A stretch of DNA of 35,947 nt from Coleofasciculaceae cyanobacterium CTOTU46641 (GCA_031969515.1 DALYKF010000031.1:1-35947), one strand, 5' to 3'. Numbered from the stretch's first letter, positions 1-10,445 are shown. Notes: generated by a model not told the origin, from the letters alone. Numbers and translations are program-made.

Positions 1-70
1 TGTAGCCGCGATTTCCTTTTCAACAGGTATTTTTGCTTGCATTGGGATGCACCCTCAATACACTGTCCCT

Positions 71-2218
71 TTAACCTTTCACAATTGCCCCAAAATCCGC
101 CAGCACTCGCGCATGATTCCTCAGTAATCCTAACAAATTCAACCGATTCTGCCGAACTTCTGGGTCATCCGCCATGACCAAAACCCCTTCTTCTTTATCA
201 TCAAAGAATGTACTAACCGTAGGCGCAATTTTTGCTAAACCCTCAACCAGTTTTTGATAATTTCGTTCAGTTTTAGAGGCTTGAGTTTGGGGGACTAATT
301 CAACTAAGGCATTATAAAATGCGGGTTCGCTTGATTTTTCAAACAATTTGACATCAATAACAGTTGTGGGATCTAATTGTTGGAAATCCAAAGTTCCTTG
401 CACGGATAAACGAGTTGAACGATTAACGGTTTCATAGATTTCATTGAGCTTACCACTATTACGAATATCTTGGAGGAATAACGCGCGATCGCGGACATCT
501 AACACATCTTTTAACGCTCGTTCTGCATAGTCACGGTCATTCTCACCCAAAACCGCATTCACCAAATCGTAATCAATCGTGCGTTCTTCTTGCAGTAATG
601 TCCGAATACGTTGTAAGAAAAAGTCCTGTAACAAGTCTACAGGCGATTTTTTACCTGGATAAGCCGCTACGAAATCCGCCGATATATCGTGTAATAGCCG
701 ATCCAAATTAAGCGTTAAATTAGCATCCCAAGTAACATTAATAATCGCATTGGCTGCACGACGCAAGGCAAAGGGGTCAGAGGAACCCGTCGGTAGCAGT
801 CCCAGTCCAAAAATACTCACCAATGTATCCAACCGATCCGCAATACCAACAACTCGACCCGTAAGCGTTTGCGGTAAAGAATCATTCGCCCCTCTGGGTA
901 AATAATGCTCAAAAATTGCTGTTGCTACGGCTTCTGATTCTCCACTAGCCACCGCATATTTTTGCCCCATTACTCCCTGTAATTCAGGAAATTCATAGAC
1001 CATCTGAGTGACCAGATCCGCTTTACAAAGCTGGGCAGCCCGTAAACTATCACTACGCTCTGTATTTGATAGATTTAATTGGTCAGCAATCTGAGCCACA
1101 ATTTTTTCAATCCGTTCAACTTTCTGGCGGACTGAACCTAACTCATCCTGAAATGTCACTTTCTCCAATTTAGGAACATAGGTTTCTAAGGGTGAGGCTA
1201 AGTCGGTTTTGTAGAAAAACTGACCATCTGCTAATCTGGCTCTAATGACTCGCTCATTCCCAGTAGCGATAATATCAGATTTAGTAGGATCGCCGTTAGA
1301 AATCGTGATAAAATAGGGTATTAATTCGGTTTCGTTTTCATCCTTAAAGACTGGGAAATAGCGCTGATGAGTGACCATTACCGTAGTCACAACCTCAGAA
1401 GGGAGAATTAAGAATTCCGGGTCAAATTTTCCAACGACAGCCGTAGGCCATTCGACTAAATTCGTGACTTCTTCCCACAAATCCGCATACATTGGGGCGT
1501 AACCCTTTAATTTTTGCGCCGCTGATTCAACTTGTTTTTTAATTGTATTCCGACGCTGATCGGGTTCTACCGCTACATAAGCAGATACCAAGGATTTAAT
1601 ATAATCAGTTGCTTGGGAAATCTGAACGGGTTGGGGATGTAAGACGCGATGACCGTAGGAAATGCGATCGCTTTTAATCACCTCAGAACCATTGACTAAC
1701 TCAATCGGCAATATCGTATTATCTAACAACGCGACTAACCAACGAATCGGTCGAGGAAATTTTAAATCCCCATCTCCCCAACACATAAACCGCCGACCTT
1801 CTAATCCGAAAATCCATTGAGGAATTAATTCTTTTAGAATGTCGGTAGCGGGACGACCTATTATTTTTTTAAGAACAAAAACAAATTCTCCCTTATCGGT
1901 ATCTCGCACTTCTAAGGCATCTAATTCTACCCCCTGCTTGCGGGCAAAACCTTCAGCCGCTTTAGTCGGTTTGCCGTTTTTAAATGCGGCTTGTGCAGGT
2001 GGGCCTTTAATTTCTTCTTCTCGATCAGGTTGTTGGGTTGGTAGTCCTTGAATCAACACAGCAAGGCGACGGGGAGTGCCATAGAACTCGATAGCTTCTG
2101 GCGTGAGGAATTGCTGATCAAGGCTTTGGGAAAGGCGAGACTGCCACTGCTTAATCGCAGCATCAACAAAATCTGCGGGTAGTTCTTCTGTACCGACTTC
2201 GAGTAGGAATGCAGCCAT
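71..2218 (-). CDS. glyS: Glycine--tRNA ligase beta subunit
   Basis: 715-aa ORF. The N-terminus [17 protein letters not shown] and overall length are typical of bacterial GlyS beta. The tRNA-binding C-terminal region is present. Confidence 0.9.
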   Translation of the reverse strand: MAAFLLEVGTEELPADFVDAAIKQWQSRLSQSLDQQFLTPEAIEFYGTPRRLAVLIQGLPTQQPDREEEIKGPPAQAAFKNGKPTKAAEGFARKQGVELDALEVRDTDKGEFVFVLKKIIGRPATDILKELIPQWIFGLEGRRFMCWGDGDLKFPRPIRWLVALLDNTILPIELVNGSEVIKSDRISYGHRVLHPQPVQISQATDYIKSLVSAYVAVEPDQRRNTIKKQVESAAQKLKGYAPMYADLWEEVTNLVEWPTAVVGKFDPEFLILPSEVVTTVMVTHQRYFPVFKDENETELIPYFITISNGDPTKSDIIATGNERVIRARLADGQFFYKTDLASPLETYVPKLEKVTFQDELGSVRQKVERIEKIVAQIADQLNLSNTERSDSLRAAQLCKADLVTQMVYEFPELQGVMGQKYAVASGESEAVATAIFEHYLPRGANDSLPQTLTGRVVGIADRLDTLVSIFGLGLLPTGSSDPFALRRAANAIINVTWDANLTLNLDRLLHDISADFVAAYPGKKSPVDLLQDFFLQRIRTLLQEERTIDYDLVNAVLGENDRDYAERALKDVLDVRDRALFLQDIRNSGKLNEIYETVNRSTRLSVQGTLDFQQLDPTTVIDVKLFEKSSEPAFYNALVELVPQTQASKTERNYQKLVEGLAKIAPTVSTFFDDKEEGVLVMADDPEVRQNRLNLLGLLRNHARVLADFGAIVKG

Positions 2219-2235
2219 AGTGGATCTTGAGAATA

Positions 2236-2450
2236 GAGGGGGAGATGGGGAGATGGGGGGAGGGGGAGAGGGGGAGAGGAAAGAGTGTTGGTTAATGGAA
2301 CCAGCTTCAATAGTTTAACTCGGTCGGAATCATCTGCGAGGGAGCATCCCATTTTGACCAATAAATATATATTTTTTCTCAGTACTACCCCTCTTTCCCC
2401 CTTGTCTCCCTTGTCCCCCTTGTCCCCCTTGTCTTCCTCACCCCCTCCCC
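2236..2450. repeat. STRR-like heptamer repeat blocks in the glyS/kinase intergenic region
   Basis: GGGGAGA/GGGGAGG repeats lie at about 2236-2285. A roughly complementary CCCCCTTGT repeat block lies at about 2388-2450. Purine and pyrimidine runs of this kind are typical of STRR elements in filamentous cyanobacteria. Confidence 0.7.
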
Positions 2451-2707
2451 TTGCCTAAAAATGCTAGTCAATTAACGACTTTTAGTCTGTATAAATAAAA
2501 TTTCAAGGAAACTTTATTGACAATTCTTACTATTTTATGGCTTATGCAAGCTAATCAAATTATCTTAGAGATCCGACGGATAAATACAAATCTTGGGACG
2601 GGATGATTTACTAAACTGTCATCCCCCAAACCTTATTGATTTAGTGACCTAAGATCCGGAAGTCGCTGAGGAATCCCTGAAATACAGGATAGTTACGGGA
2701 GAAGCAT

Positions 2708-5700
2708 ATGAAACTCAAGACAAAGTTTGTGTCAGGTTTTTTAGGGGTTGCATCTCTAGTAGCCATATTAGGGATTATTAATATTCAAACAAAGAAAAAT
2801 GTTGATGAACAGTTTAATAAAATTACTGAAAGTACTACTCGTCAACTCATTGCCCTAAATCAGGTCAAAGTTGCCTCAGTCATCATGATGAATGAGGTCT
2901 ATAGCTATGCGGTGATTGCGGGAGAATCCAACTCCATTGCTCCTGTCAAGCCAGGGGATTCACCAGCAGAGAAACAACCCAACTTAGACACTATAGAACT
3001 AGAAAAACAGGCAAAAAAAGACAAAGAAGAATTTAATCAGTCAGTAGAAACTATCGATAAATCGTTAGCGGATTTTCAGACCCTTGCTCAAAATCCAGAA
3101 ATGCAGAATGTTTATCGACAACTATTAACCAGTAAAATCCAACTCGCTGAAATCGGTCAAGAAATTTTAGAATTAAAGGGCGAAAAATTTCAAGCCGGGA
3201 ATCTACTTCGCAAACGACAAGAGTTTGAAGCGGCTCAAGAAAAATTTTTAGAAGTTGTTGATCGCGCCATCAGCGTTAACTTAGAAGCGTTAGAACGTGA
3301 AAATATAACCGCTAATCGCAGTGCGACCTATTCTCTAGTTATTAACCTAACATCCGTCACCGTAGTCATTACAATATCGATAATCTTTGGCATACTCTTA
3401 GCAGAAAGAATAACCAATCCCATTATAAAACTCAAAGAAGCTGCTGCAAAGATTGGAGAGGGAGAATTTGATACCATAGTCGAGATCAAAACTCAGGATG
3501 AACTGAGCATTTTAGCTGATGCCTTCAATCATATGGTCAAGCAGCTCCAAGACACAACCGTTTCTAAAACCTATCTCGATAACATTATCAGTTCCTTAAG
3601 TGATGCCCTGATTGTTCTGAATAAAAACATCAAAATTGAAAGCTTCAATGAAGCCGCTTTATATCTTTCCGGATATCAACCCAACGAACTACGCGGTCAA
3701 GCCTTAGATATCTTCTTTAAAGAAGATAATTTTTTAGGCTATTTAGAATCCAATGATTCCCAACCGAATGGATTTCTAGGCAGACGAGAAACAACCTTCT
3801 TTGCCAAAGATGGCATTCAAATTCCCGTCTCCGTCACCGCCTCTGTGATGCAAAATGCAGCAGGCAAAATTCAAGGAATTGTTTGCCTAGTTCAAGACAT
3901 ATCCGCACGCAAACGGGCAGAAGAAGCACTACGCCGACAAGCCCTAATGTTTGAAACCATTTATGATGGCGTGATCCTCACTGATTTAGCAGGTCGAATT
4001 CTGGATTGGAACCCCGCCGCTGAGAGAATATTTGGTTATGAAAAAACCGAAGTATTAGGTAAAACCTGCGGAGTCGTTTACCAACCCGAAGAATCAATAG
4101 TACTAACCCAACAAATGATTTATGGCTTGATGAGTGAAGGACGCTGGACAAGCGAGATTGAATTTAGCCGTAAAGATGGTACTCAAGGAGTTTGCGAAAC
4201 AGTAGTTGTACCCTTACGAGATGAACAAGGTCAACCCATAGCAGCAATTGGCGTAAATCGGGATATTACTGAGCGAAAACAATACGAAAATCAATTAGTT
4301 GAAGCACGAGAAGCTGCCCTAGAAGCTGCACGAGCAAAAGCTCAATTCTTAGCGAATATGAGTCATGAAATCCGCACTCCTATGAACGGAGTTTTGGGAA
4401 TGAGTGAATTACTTTTAACAACTGAACTTAGCGTTCGACAACTTGATTTTGTCAAAACTCTACAGGTCAGTGGCGAACACTTATTAAGAGTAATTAACGA
4501 TATTCTGGACTTCTCCAAACTTGAAGCGGGAGAAATGCGATTAGATAGCGATGAGCTAAACTTAAATCGCTGCTTAGAAGAAGTCTTAGATCTATGCAAT
4601 CCCCAAGCAGATATTAAAGATTTAGAACTAGCCCTTTTAGTCGATACCGACGTACCCCGATACCTCCTCGGAGATGCAGGTCGCCTACGGCAAATTCTCA
4701 CAAATTTAGTCGGCAATTCTATCAAATTTACCGAAACTGGAGATATTGTTATCCACGTATCTGTTGACCCATCCTCCTCAGCAATTGAAGAACTAACCCC
4801 TACAAACAACCAACAACCAATAACCAACGACCAACAACCAATAAAATTACGATTTGCGGTTAAAGATACTGGCATTGGGATTCTTCCAGAAGACAAGAAA
4901 AAGCTATTCCAAGCCTTCTCCCAAGTCGATGCTTCCACCACCCGCAAGCATGGAGGTACGGGGTTAGGTCTAGCCATTTGTAAGCAACTTGTAGAAATAA
5001 TGGGTGGAGAAATTGGCGTGGAAAGTGAACCCGGAATTGGATCTACATTCTGGTTTACGGCAACGTTTATTAAGCTAGCCGTTGACTCCACTAAAGAAGC
5101 TATGAATCAGGCTTATAGCAGCATTCCTGTTTCCCCTGAATTTTTAACTGGAAAGCGAGTATTAGTAGTAGACGATCGCCCCATTAATCGCAAAATTGTC
5201 CAGCATCAATTATCAGCAAAAGGCATGGAAGTGGATGAAGCGGATAATGGCATTATTGCCCTCAACGCGTTACAAGCAGCGGCTGAAGCTGGAAAACCCT
5301 ACGATGTGGCATTACTCGATATGAAAATGCCTAAAATTGATGGGTCAACTCTCGGACGACTGATTCTTGCTGAACCCGATTGGTCGCGTACAAAATTAGT
5401 ATTGATGACCTCCATGCACGCCGGAGATTCTGCTCAACCTTTACTTAAAAGTGGATTTGCTGATTATTTAGTCAAGCCAGTTAAAGAATCCCAATTACTC
5501 GACTCACTGCTGAAAGTACTCGCCTCTGAAGAAGAGACATCAACCCCTAATTCCTCCTCTTCCTTAACATTAGAAGGAGCGCCCCCTAATCAACAACAAG
5601 ACACCAGCTTGAAAATTCTGTTAGTAGAAGATACGCCCATTAACCTCAAATTAGTACAGCATCAGGTGCAACTGTTAGGACATCACTCAGAATTCGCAGA

Positions 5701-7252
5701 AAACGGTCAAGAAGGACTTGATAAATTAGCGCAGAATGACTACGATATCGTGTTAATGGATTGCCAAATGCCTGTGATGGACGGCTACCAAGCAACCCGA
5801 ACCTTGCGCCAACGAGAAGGAACTGATCGCCATACTATTGTCATTGGAATGACCGCTTATGCGATGCAAGGTGATCGCGAAAAATGTTTGGCGGCGGGTA
5901 TGGATGACTACCTCAGCAAACCCGTAATGGTGAAAAATTTAGCACCTGTATTGGAGCGATGGGCAGCCGTTGTTAAGGGAGATTCCTATGTTGAAAAAAG
6001 CAAAAAGTCTGAAACAACTATTACTATCGAACCCTCTATTGCTCCCTCTGTCAATTTAGTGGATTGGGTGCGGCTAAAGGAAATCTCCGAAGGAGATCCC
6101 GCATTTCAACTGGAACTCGTACAAGGATTTATTAAAGAAGGAGCAACATTTATCGCTGAGGCAAAGCAAGCGCTGGTGGATCGAGATTGGGTTATAGTAG
6201 CCAATAAAGCGCACCAAATTAAAGGCGCAAGTTCATCTGTTGCTGTGCAAATTATGCCAGAAGTAGCGGATCAACTCCGCCATCAAGCACTACTCAAAAG
6301 TCCGGAGGGTGCAGGTAAGTTAATCACTCAGTTAGAGCAAATTATAGAGCAACTCAGAGGGCATATTGACCTAAATTCTCCTTCCGTTGGAGACTCATTA
6401 TTAACGAAGGGATCAGCCCTGGTTAGTACTCAATCTGCCAACACAGAACGAGTAAACTCTGAGAAAGAAAAACCGACAACGTTAAATATTCTGTTAGTAG
6501 AAGATACGCCGATTAACCTGAAATTAGTGCAGCATCAAGTCCGCCTCCTTGGTCATCAGTGGGATTCAGCGGAAAATGGTTTAAAAGCCCTTGACAAATT
6601 AGCACTCAATGAGTTTGACCTTGTATTAATGGATTGTCAAATGCCCATTATGGACGGCTACCAAGCCACCCAATTATTACGGCAACGAGAAGGAACAGAC
6701 CGTCATACGGTAGTGATTGGGATGACAGCTTATGCGATGCCAGGCGATCGAGAAAAATGTCTAGCCGCAGGTATGGATGATTACCTCAGTAAACCTGTGA
6801 TGGTAAAAGAATTAAAAGTCATGCTTCAGCGTTGGTCATTTGTTGTAAATGAGGATTTGCAGGCAGAACGGAACAACTCCGGAAGCACGATTGAGAATGA
6901 TTTGGTGGATTGGAATCACTTGCATGAAATCTCTGGGGGAGATCCAGAGTTTCAACTGGAATTGGTGAAAGGATTTGTTAAAGATGGGACAAGTTTTATT
7001 GCCGAAGCCAAGCGAGCGGTGCAACTTCAAGACTGGGTTACTTTAGCAAATAAAGCTCACCAAATTAAAGGAGCGAGTGCTTCAGTAGCCGTGCAATCGA
7101 TGTCCGAATTAGCCCGTCAACTCCATATTCAAGCCAAAGCGAATACTTTGGAAAGTGCGGCTGATTTGGTGACTCAGTTAGAGCAAATTTTGGACGAGTT
7201 GAAATCGTCTGTTGAGAATAAAGTGGCTGCTGTAAAATCAAAATCTACCTGA
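2708..7252 (+). CDS. Hybrid sensor histidine kinase with TM, HAMP, two PAS, HisKA, HATPase, three REC and two HPt domains
   Basis: 1514 aa. Two TM segments flank an approximately 180-aa extracytoplasmic, coiled-coil-rich region. The H-box is MSHEIRTPMNGV. The ATPase has G-boxes (DTGIGI, GGTGLGLAI). Three receiver domains carry DD...D...K signatures (VLVVDDRPINR; ILLVEDTPINLK twice). Two HPt domains carry HQIKGAS. Confidence 0.9.
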   Translation: MKLKTKFVSGFLGVASLVAILGIINIQTKKNVDEQFNKITESTTRQLIALNQVKVASVIMMNEVYSYAVIAGESNSIAPVKPGDSPAEKQPNLDTIELEKQAKKDKEEFNQSVETIDKSLADFQTLAQNPEMQNVYRQLLTSKIQLAEIGQEILELKGEKFQAGNLLRKRQEFEAAQEKFLEVVDRAISVNLEALERENITANRSATYSLVINLTSVTVVITISIIFGILLAERITNPIIKLKEAAAKIGEGEFDTIVEIKTQDELSILADAFNHMVKQLQDTTVSKTYLDNIISSLSDALIVLNKNIKIESFNEAALYLSGYQPNELRGQALDIFFKEDNFLGYLESNDSQPNGFLGRRETTFFAKDGIQIPVSVTASVMQNAAGKIQGIVCLVQDISARKRAEEALRRQALMFETIYDGVILTDLAGRILDWNPAAERIFGYEKTEVLGKTCGVVYQPEESIVLTQQMIYGLMSEGRWTSEIEFSRKDGTQGVCETVVVPLRDEQGQPIAAIGVNRDITERKQYENQLVEAREAALEAARAKAQFLANMSHEIRTPMNGVLGMSELLLTTELSVRQLDFVKTLQVSGEHLLRVINDILDFSKLEAGEMRLDSDELNLNRCLEEVLDLCNPQADIKDLELALLVDTDVPRYLLGDAGRLRQILTNLVGNSIKFTETGDIVIHVSVDPSSSAIEELTPTNNQQPITNDQQPIKLRFAVKDTGIGILPEDKKKLFQAFSQVDASTTRKHGGTGLGLAICKQLVEIMGGEIGVESEPGIGSTFWFTATFIKLAVDSTKEAMNQAYSSIPVSPEFLTGKRVLVVDDRPINRKIVQHQLSAKGMEVDEADNGIIALNALQAAAEAGKPYDVALLDMKMPKIDGSTLGRLILAEPDWSRTKLVLMTSMHAGDSAQPLLKSGFADYLVKPVKESQLLDSLLKVLASEEETSTPNSSSSLTLEGAPPNQQQDTSLKILLVEDTPINLKLVQHQVQLLGHHSEFAENGQEGLDKLAQNDYDIVLMDCQMPVMDGYQATRTLRQREGTDRHTIVIGMTAYAMQGDREKCLAAGMDDYLSKPVMVKNLAPVLERWAAVVKGDSYVEKSKKSETTITIEPSIAPSVNLVDWVRLKEISEGDPAFQLELVQGFIKEGATFIAEAKQALVDRDWVIVANKAHQIKGASSSVAVQIMPEVADQLRHQALLKSPEGAGKLITQLEQIIEQLRGHIDLNSPSVGDSLLTKGSALVSTQSANTERVNSEKEKPTTLNILLVEDTPINLKLVQHQVRLLGHQWDSAENGLKALDKLALNEFDLVLMDCQMPIMDGYQATQLLRQREGTDRHTVVIGMTAYAMPGDREKCLAAGMDDYLSKPVMVKELKVMLQRWSFVVNEDLQAERNNSGSTIENDLVDWNHLHEISGGDPEFQLELVKGFVKDGTSFIAEAKRAVQLQDWVTLANKAHQIKGASASVAVQSMSELARQLHIQAKANTLESAADLVTQLEQILDELKSSVENKVAAVKSKST
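5609..7252 (+). repeat. Internal tandem duplication of a REC-HPt module within the hybrid kinase gene (units about 5609-6360 and 6481-7252)
   Basis: Near-identical protein segments (LKILLVEDTPINLKLVQHQVQLLGH...HQIKGASSSVAVQ versus LNILLVEDTPINLKLVQHQVRLLGH...HQIKGASASVAVQ). The DNA shares long identical runs such as attctgttagtagaagatacgcc. Confidence 0.8.
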
Positions 7253-7394
7253 TACAGCAGTTTTTAAGTTGATGAAGTACAGTGCTGAGTTTTCTTAAGG
7301 AAAACTCTAGTTATACCAATTCCCTAAAAGCGGGCAACAATAAGATTTCGTAGTATTCAAAGCCCCTCCTGAATTGGAAGCACAAAATCTGCAT

Positions 7395-7540
7395 GACGAC
7401 CTGATTAAACGTTGGTTGGTCTACCTGGAGATATGGTGCAAATTCGTAATGGGCAGACGCTTATCAACGGTAAGGCTATTGCAGAACCTGATGTGAAGGA
7501 GAAATCAACTTACAACTATAGACCTGTGACAATACCACCA
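7395..7540 (+). pseudogene. Signal peptidase I (LepB-like) C-terminal fragment, frameshifted and truncated
   Basis: The translation DDLIKRW, then after a frameshift LVGLPGDMVQIRNGQTLINGKAIAEPDVKEKSTYNYRPVTIPP, matches the conserved LepB box (RDYIKRVVGLPGD.V...G.L.ING). It is only a fragment. There are stops upstream, and homology ends at the dispersed repeat at 7552. Confidence 0.45.
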
Positions 7541-7551
7541 AAATCTCTCGG

Positions 7552-7586
7552 CAGTCCGCTCCAACAGGATTGTTATACGCCGTTTC
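7552..7586. repeat. Short dispersed repeat, copy 1 (cAGTCCGCTCCAACaGGATTGTTAtacGCCGTTTC)
   Basis: Two other copies are at 9603-9635 and 18165-18188. Copies 1 and 2 share about 33 nt. Confidence 0.7.
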
Positions 7587-7603
7587 ACCTACGCATCTCA
7601 TCC

Positions 7604-8014
7604 CTAAACTTGAATGATATCAAAGGTATCACGATCGCCAATCCGATAAAACAAGAAGTCAGAATCGAGGGTGAGAATTTGCCGATACCCAGTCTTTTCA
7701 GCCGCCACAACCAGAGTTGCATCTGCCAAATCCATCGGTCTGTCGCGGTATTGCTCCATCAGTGCCAACAAACGGCTGTAATCACTCTCCTGGATCTCGT
7801 AAACTGTCAGCAGTTTGTCTAACAGAAGCTGCCCCAACTGTTTTTGCATTTGCCAGCCGCCACGATGCAGGGCAAGATACATCGCCTCGGTTAGACATGA
7901 CCAAGTTGTGACGAGAGGTTTTGCCAAACGCATCACGGCACTTTTGTAGGCTTTGTGCTGAGGCTGAGTTCGGTCAACGAGGCACAGCAGAACCCCTGCA
8001 TCACACAGGATCAT
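7604..8014 (-). CDS. vapC: PIN-domain toxin (VapC family)
   Basis: 136 aa. Acidic PIN residues are in the right positions (ILCDAGVLL..D; DATLVVAAE; LTLDSDF). It overlaps the upstream small gene by 4 nt. Confidence 0.8.
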   Translation of the reverse strand: MILCDAGVLLCLVDRTQPQHKAYKSAVMRLAKPLVTTWSCLTEAMYLALHRGGWQMQKQLGQLLLDKLLTVYEIQESDYSRLLALMEQYRDRPMDLADATLVVAAEKTGYRQILTLDSDFLFYRIGDRDTFDIIQV

Positions 8015-8271
8015 AGCTCTAGCCCTTGTTGCCGATACTTGTTGAGCAGGAGTTGTTGATAGTTGCTGGCTGGTTCAGGTGGAGTTACATCTAGGCGATC
8101 AACTGCTTCAAACCATTTTGACCATGCACCTACAAGCGTTTCATCAGGCTGACTATCAGTAATTTCAGCTTGATGCTTGTGAATGACAAAATCAATAAAG
8201 TCACTTACTTGCTGTAAAAGTGGTTCGGAAAGTTGCTGTAATTTAGCAATAGCGGTGTCACGAATGGTCAT
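8011..8271 (-). CDS. Type II antitoxin (DUF2281-like) partner of VapC
   Basis: 86-aa ORF with start/stop overlap ATGA with vapC. The motif LLQQVSDFIDFVIHKHQ resembles DUF2281 antitoxins. Confidence 0.65.
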   Translation of the reverse strand: MTIRDTAIAKLQQLSEPLLQQVSDFIDFVIHKHQAEITDSQPDETLVGAWSKWFEAVDRLDVTPPEPASNYQQLLLNKYRQQGLEL

Positions 8272-8696
8272 AAAAGCACCTCTTTTTCAGCGTCACTCTC
8301 TTTGTACAGAACAGTTTACAAACCCTGTCTCCAATTTCTAACTAGAAATAACAGATTTAAACTGAGCCTATGGGAGCACAAAGCTTACATATTTCAACAC
8401 TAGATAAGATTCACCAGGAATAATGAGACTCTGAATAATCTGGTTGGAATCCATATCCAGGCACCCAAACATCTCCAGGTTACCACTCAGTATCATTATC
8501 TTTGTTCTCATCAGGTTTAACTTCATCAGTTTTATCTATTTGAGTAAGCTGTTGCACTTCCAAGCTCTGTTTTAACGACCAAGCTCACCGGACGCAGACA
8601 ACATTTGCAACCCAACTAACCAAATCGCAGCGTTCCGGTGCAGCGACTTGTTAGCTTGCGACTGAATACATGAAGATTTACGTATACCGATTAAAA

Positions 8697-9338
8697 CTAC
8701 TTTCGACCAAAATCTGCCGGAATTTCTCCCCAAGCAGCAGTATTCCACTTAAGTATAGGATTAGTATAGTCGTTATTCTCCAGCCAGGTTAACGCTCGGT
8801 CAACTAGATTGAATATCTCCTCACTATCTTCATTTCTCTTCAACTTTGTTTTTACTTTTCGGTTTTTCACCCAAAGAATTGCTGTTTCTGAATCAGAATA
8901 TATAGGTATGTCCTTCTCCTGATTCTTTAAATATGCGAGAGCATGAACGATTGCTAAGAACTCCCCAATATTATTAGTTCCGTGAGGTATCGGACGTTTT
9001 TGAAAAAGCACTTCATGTGTTGCCGTGTGAACGCCTTTATATTCGACAGCACCAGGATTGCCTGAACAAGCAGCATCGACACAGACACTATCCATAATAA
9101 CTACGTCTGTAGATGAAGTAATTGTTTTTGTAGGTTTTCGTTTCTTCTTTTCAGGCTCTTTAGGAAATACTGAAGTCTGTCTCGCAGCTTCTAATGCTTC
9201 TTCCGCCTCACCTCTGGTTTTGAAGGACTTATATAGCGCACCACTAAAACCTGTGATTTGTTCTTCACATTCCTGCCAAGTTGAAAATATTCCTGTCTTC
9301 CTACCCTTAAAAACAGCGTAGTATTTCTTAGATGCCAT
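8697..9338 (-). CDS. RNase H1-type ribonuclease with N-terminal Cauli_VI/hybrid-binding domain
   Basis: 213 aa. The N-terminus YYAVFKGRKTGIFSTWQECEEQITGFSGALYKSFKTRGEAEEAL is a caulimovirus-viroplasmin-like domain. It is followed by an RNase H core with VDAACSGNPG, GEFLAIVHAL and YSDSETAI catalytic motifs. Confidence 0.75.
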   Translation of the reverse strand: MASKKYYAVFKGRKTGIFSTWQECEEQITGFSGALYKSFKTRGEAEEALEAARQTSVFPKEPEKKKRKPTKTITSSTDVVIMDSVCVDAACSGNPGAVEYKGVHTATHEVLFQKRPIPHGTNNIGEFLAIVHALAYLKNQEKDIPIYSDSETAILWVKNRKVKTKLKRNEDSEEIFNLVDRALTWLENNDYTNPILKWNTAAWGEIPADFGRK

Positions 9339-9597
9339 GAGATAGAAGCCTATAACTCCACATCATGCTCTCCATAATAAGCAATTAACTCGTACAGGTC
9401 TTCAACATACTTAACAAACTGCCCCATGTTTGCGAGTAAAACACCTTTATCTAAATTTGGTGGTAAATGTGGATGCCCTGCTTCATTACGACATATTCTG
9501 CTGGTCGAGAACCAGGTCATCATCGAAGAAGATAACTTTGAGGAAGGACTGACCCCAGCCCTGATTGCCGATAACCTTGGCTACAACACCAATCAGC

Positions 9598-9846
9598 TTA
9601 GTCAGTCCGCTCCAACCGGATTGTTATGCCGTTTCTTTGCAAATATGGTTGCAATTGCTTACTCTTGCCTATTCCGTTAGCTTGGGCACACTGCCAAACC
9701 ACGCGATCGCTACTATTGACTTCCAACCCTATCTCTTCAAACAGGACAAAGCGAATATAAACTAACTCAAGCCAGCCACTAGCGGCAAGGCTACCTGCTA
9801 AGACAACAGAATGTCCACGTAAATTATGATCAACCAGAACATTCAT
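9598..9846 (-). pseudogene. DUF5615 (Mut7-C/PIN-like toxin) gene, 3'-disrupted
   Basis: MNVLVDHNL...VVWQCAQANG matches the DUF5615 N-terminal half. The last 10 codons are supplied by the dispersed repeat at 9603-9635. Possible remnants of the C-terminus lie in other frames further downstream. It overlaps the DUF433 gene by 4 nt. Confidence 0.5.
9603..9635. repeat. Short dispersed repeat, copy 2
   Basis: See copy 1. The sequence is cagtccgctccaaccggattgttatgccgtttc. Confidence 0.7.
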
Positions 9847-10223
9847 GCCTTTGATTCAAGTTTAGCCCGTTCTGCCCGGAGTTTTGCCCGAATCACTTCC
9901 GTACCTGGTCTAGGGGGTTTTGCAGCAATGTGAGCAACGAGAGCACGATTCTGCTCCTCATAATATTGTCGTAGTTCCTCGGCTTCCTTAAGGACGGCTT
10001 GGTACTCTGCTTCAACCTCGGCACGATGGGCATCAATGTAAGATAGAGCGGAATTAACCTGTTCATCGGTGAGGCTGAGCATGGCACGAATGAACTTTGG
10101 TGGATACTGCTCTGTCACATAGTCCATCACGTCATACAAAGTAATACGGGTTCCTGAAATTGTCAGTCCCCTCTCTGTACGAATGATAGCTGCTTGCCCA
10201 TCAGAATGCGAAGTCATAGCCAT
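9843..10223 (-). CDS. DUF433-domain protein (antitoxin-like partner of DUF5615)
   Basis: 126 aa. ERGLTISGTRITLYDVMDYV is the DUF433 signature. It has a C-terminal coiled-coil tail. Confidence 0.7.
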   Translation of the reverse strand: MAMTSHSDGQAAIIRTERGLTISGTRITLYDVMDYVTEQYPPKFIRAMLSLTDEQVNSALSYIDAHRAEVEAEYQAVLKEAEELRQYYEEQNRALVAHIAAKPPRPGTEVIRAKLRAERAKLESKA

Positions 10224-10445
10224 AACCTTGGAACAGCTAAGTCTATATTACCTCGCCAAAAAACTGATAGGTATGATGTCTACCCACCAGCTTCTAGTTC
10301 CTTTAAAAGTCCTCTAAATACTTGATTTCACGCCTTCTGTTACCAGCAGGGGAAAGTCTTGCCAGTTTCGCTGCTTCAGAGCCATGCGGATTATCTGAAT
10401 AGGCATCCACAACATCAATAGTGCGATCGCTTACACCAGTGAAAA

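Noticed and set aside
2053-2361. 102-aa ORF between glyS and the kinase
   Set aside because: It is composed of translated STRR heptamers ([12 protein letters not shown]) and overlaps the glyS start, so it is a repeat artefact.
2461-2707. Candidate sigma70 promoter (TTGACA at 2517) for the histidine kinase
   Set aside because: No acceptable -10 hexamer lies at 16-18 nt spacing, and the element is 185 nt from the start codon, so it is too weak to call from sequence alone.
4363-5091. 242-aa ORF antisense to the histidine kinase
   Set aside because: It lies entirely inside the well-supported sensor kinase coding region on the opposite strand. It has a low-complexity Ser/Pro-rich translation and no motif, so it is a spurious antisense ORF.
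7412-7822. 136-aa plus-strand ORF spanning the lepB fragment and running antisense through vapC
   Set aside because: Only its first about 42 codons are meaningful (the LepB remnant). The rest is antisense to the PIN gene and includes the dispersed repeat, so it is not a real gene.
9058-9321. 87-aa plus-strand ORF
   Set aside because: It is antisense within the RNase H gene and has no motif.
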